A stretch of DNA of 64,000 bases. Origin: Opitutaceae bacterium (lineage in GTDB: Bacteria; Verrucomicrobiota; Verrucomicrobiia; Opitutales; Coraliomargaritaceae). The notes below the pieces were generated by a model. That model was not told the origin of the DNA and made no database searches. It saw nothing but the letters and a program-made list of their open reading frames with translations. This document shows positions 62,498 to 64,000 of this stretch, one piece after another. Every line of letters starts with the position of its first letter. Position 1 is the stretch's first letter. The stretch lies in the NCBI GenBank assembly GCA_051252375.1, contig JBPOFY010000003.1:64001-128000 (forward strand), given 5' to 3'. The translations under genes were made by a program, and so were the position numbers.

Positions 62498-64000
62498 ATG
62501 ATTGTCATTAGCGCCAAATCGGCTTTCGTGGGTGGCGTGGCTGATACCTCTACGATAACTTTTGATGCACTGGCATGTTCGACCGTAAACTCGGCTTGGG
62601 GTGCTTTGACGATGGAAGTCCTCGCTCGTTTGGGTGTCGAAACGATCGTTGTGTCTCCGGGATCGCGGTCAACGCCGCTTACAGTTGCTGCGGCTCGCAA
62701 TCCCAAGCTTGAGGCGATTCCTGTTTTGGATGAGCGCTCGGCAGGCTTCTTTGCGCTAGGTATCGCCAAGCGCATGCGCAAGCCAGTTGCTCTTGTGTGC
62801 ACCTCTGGTTCAGCGGCGGCGAATTACTTTCCAGCTGTGGTGGAAGCTTCGATGAGCGGCACGCCGCTGTTGATTTTAACGGCTGATCGCCCACCGGAGC
62901 TGCGAGACTGTTCGTCTGGGCAGACGATTGATCAGTTTAAACTCTATGGCGATTACGCACGGGCGTTTTTTGAAGTCGCGATTCCGGAAGTGCGGCCTGA
63001 GATGTTGGCATATTTACGGCAGACGCTCGTGCATGCGGTGAACCGTGCACAGCATGACAATCCCGGACCGGTGCAATTGAATTTTCCATTCCGTGATCCT
63101 TTGGCTCCGGTCGCAGGCGCTGAGGCGGTCGAGGCTGCAACGCTTGGGGCGGCGGCATCGGTCATTACCCGCCCATGTGAATCGGTGGCTTGTGGTGCAA
63201 GTTTCGATGCAGTGGCGATTGAGCGACTTGCTAGTCATGAACGTGGTTTGATCGTGGTCGGTGGTATCAATCCGCGTGATGGTGATGAGTCTTTTGCCGA
63301 TGCGGTGGCGATGCTCTCGCAAAAGTTGGGCTGGCCGGTATTTAGCGATGTGATCAATCCTTTGCGTGGGCATGCGGGAGAGAACCCCGCGTTAGTGGCT
63401 CACTATGATGCGTTTTTGCGACGCCCTGATGCGGTGACTACACTGCGACCTACGGCGATTTTACAAATCGGAGCCTTGCCCACGAGTAAAGTGCTGCGTG
63501 CTTGGTTGAGTGATTTGGATGCGGTTTCTTTTTTGGTTTCGGATCGTCCTGTCAATACCGACCCGTTGCATCGTGTGGCGACAGTCTTGCGTGGTGAGGC
63601 ACATACTTTAGCCGAGCTGCTGCCGCATCAACGGGTGGATCCTGATTGGATCTCAAATTGGGCGCAGCTGGAGCGTGAGCAGGCGAAGATCATTGATACA
63701 CGTCTCGAGGCTGAGGAGCGCCTGTTTGAGGGCAAAGCGGCTTGGTTGCTCTCGCGGCATCTTCCGGTAGGGAGTTCTGTATTCCTCGCCAGCAGCATGA
63801 GCGTGCGCTACGCAGAGTATTTCTGGTGTGCGGGCAATCGCGCTTGTTCTGTTTTTGCCAATCGCGGAGCTAACGGCATCGATGGCACTTTAGGCACCGC
63901 AATGGGCGTTGCGCATGGCGGTGAACCTACAGTGTTACTAACTGGTGACTTAGCTTTCTTGCACGATAGTAATGCGCTGCTGGCAGCTCGTGAATTGAAG
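62498..64000 (+). CDS. menD: SEPHCHC synthase, 3' end outside window
   Basis: Manual translation: VVSPGSRSTPL, DERSAGFFALG, CTSGSAAANY, TADRPPEL, QTIDQ, GPVQLNFPFRDPL, NRGANGIDG, TGDLAFLHD; start at 62498 or GTG 62537. Confidence 0.95.
   Translation, partial: MIVISAKSAFVGGVADTSTITFDALACSTVNSAWGALTMEVLARLGVETIVVSPGSRSTPLTVAAARNPKLEAIPVLDERSAGFFALGIAKRMRKPVALVCTSGSAAANYFPAVVEASMSGTPLLILTADRPPELRDCSSGQTIDQFKLYGDYARAFFEVAIPEVRPEMLAYLRQTLVHAVNRAQHDNPGPVQLNFPFRDPLAPVAGAEAVEAATLGAAASVITRPCESVACGASFDAVAIERLASHERGLIVVGGINPRDGDESFADAVAMLSQKLGWPVFSDVINPLRGHAGENPALVAHYDAFLRRPDAVTTLRPTAILQIGALPTSKVLRAWLSDLDAVSFLVSDRPVNTDPLHRVATVLRGEAHTLAELLPHQRVDPDWISNWAQLEREQAKIIDTRLEAEERLFEGKAAWLLSRHLPVGSSVFLASSMSVRYAEYFWCAGNRACSVFANRGANGIDGTLGTAMGVAHGGEPTVLLTGDLAFLHDSNALLAARELK

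Overview
This is a gene-dense bacterial chromosomal segment made up mostly of housekeeping genes. Gene content and protein style point to Verrucomicrobiota (Opitutales/Coraliomargarita-like); that placement is an inference. It carries argJC, rplM-rpsI, rpoZ-smpB-thrB, dnaG-rpoD, trpA, parE, accA, topB, gyrBA, waaA, pagL, queG, tRNA-Glu, purC, tkt, hisI, rpmF-plsX-fabH-bamD-lptE, uppP, trpD-glmM, argG, efp and a partial menD. I saw no integrase, transposase, prophage or CRISPR array. The best candidate for an undescribed system is a three-gene unit at 38029-41184. It encodes a membrane-anchored protein with two apparent winged-helix domains, followed by two 376-aa SPFH/band-7 paralogues, with no ftsH or nfeD partner nearby. 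Other notable items are a PTS-EIIA-DacZ diadenylate cyclase fusion behind an orphan nuoA, a sigma70 with a histone-H1-like basic tail, an EF-P with a QGR32Q loop and no modifier gene in the window, a HisI with altered metal ligands, two GTAG-type REP doublets, and intergenic heptamer repeats. Annotations come from motif recognition by eye; no database searches were run. Several start codons were shifted from the supplied ORF track to more plausible ATGs.
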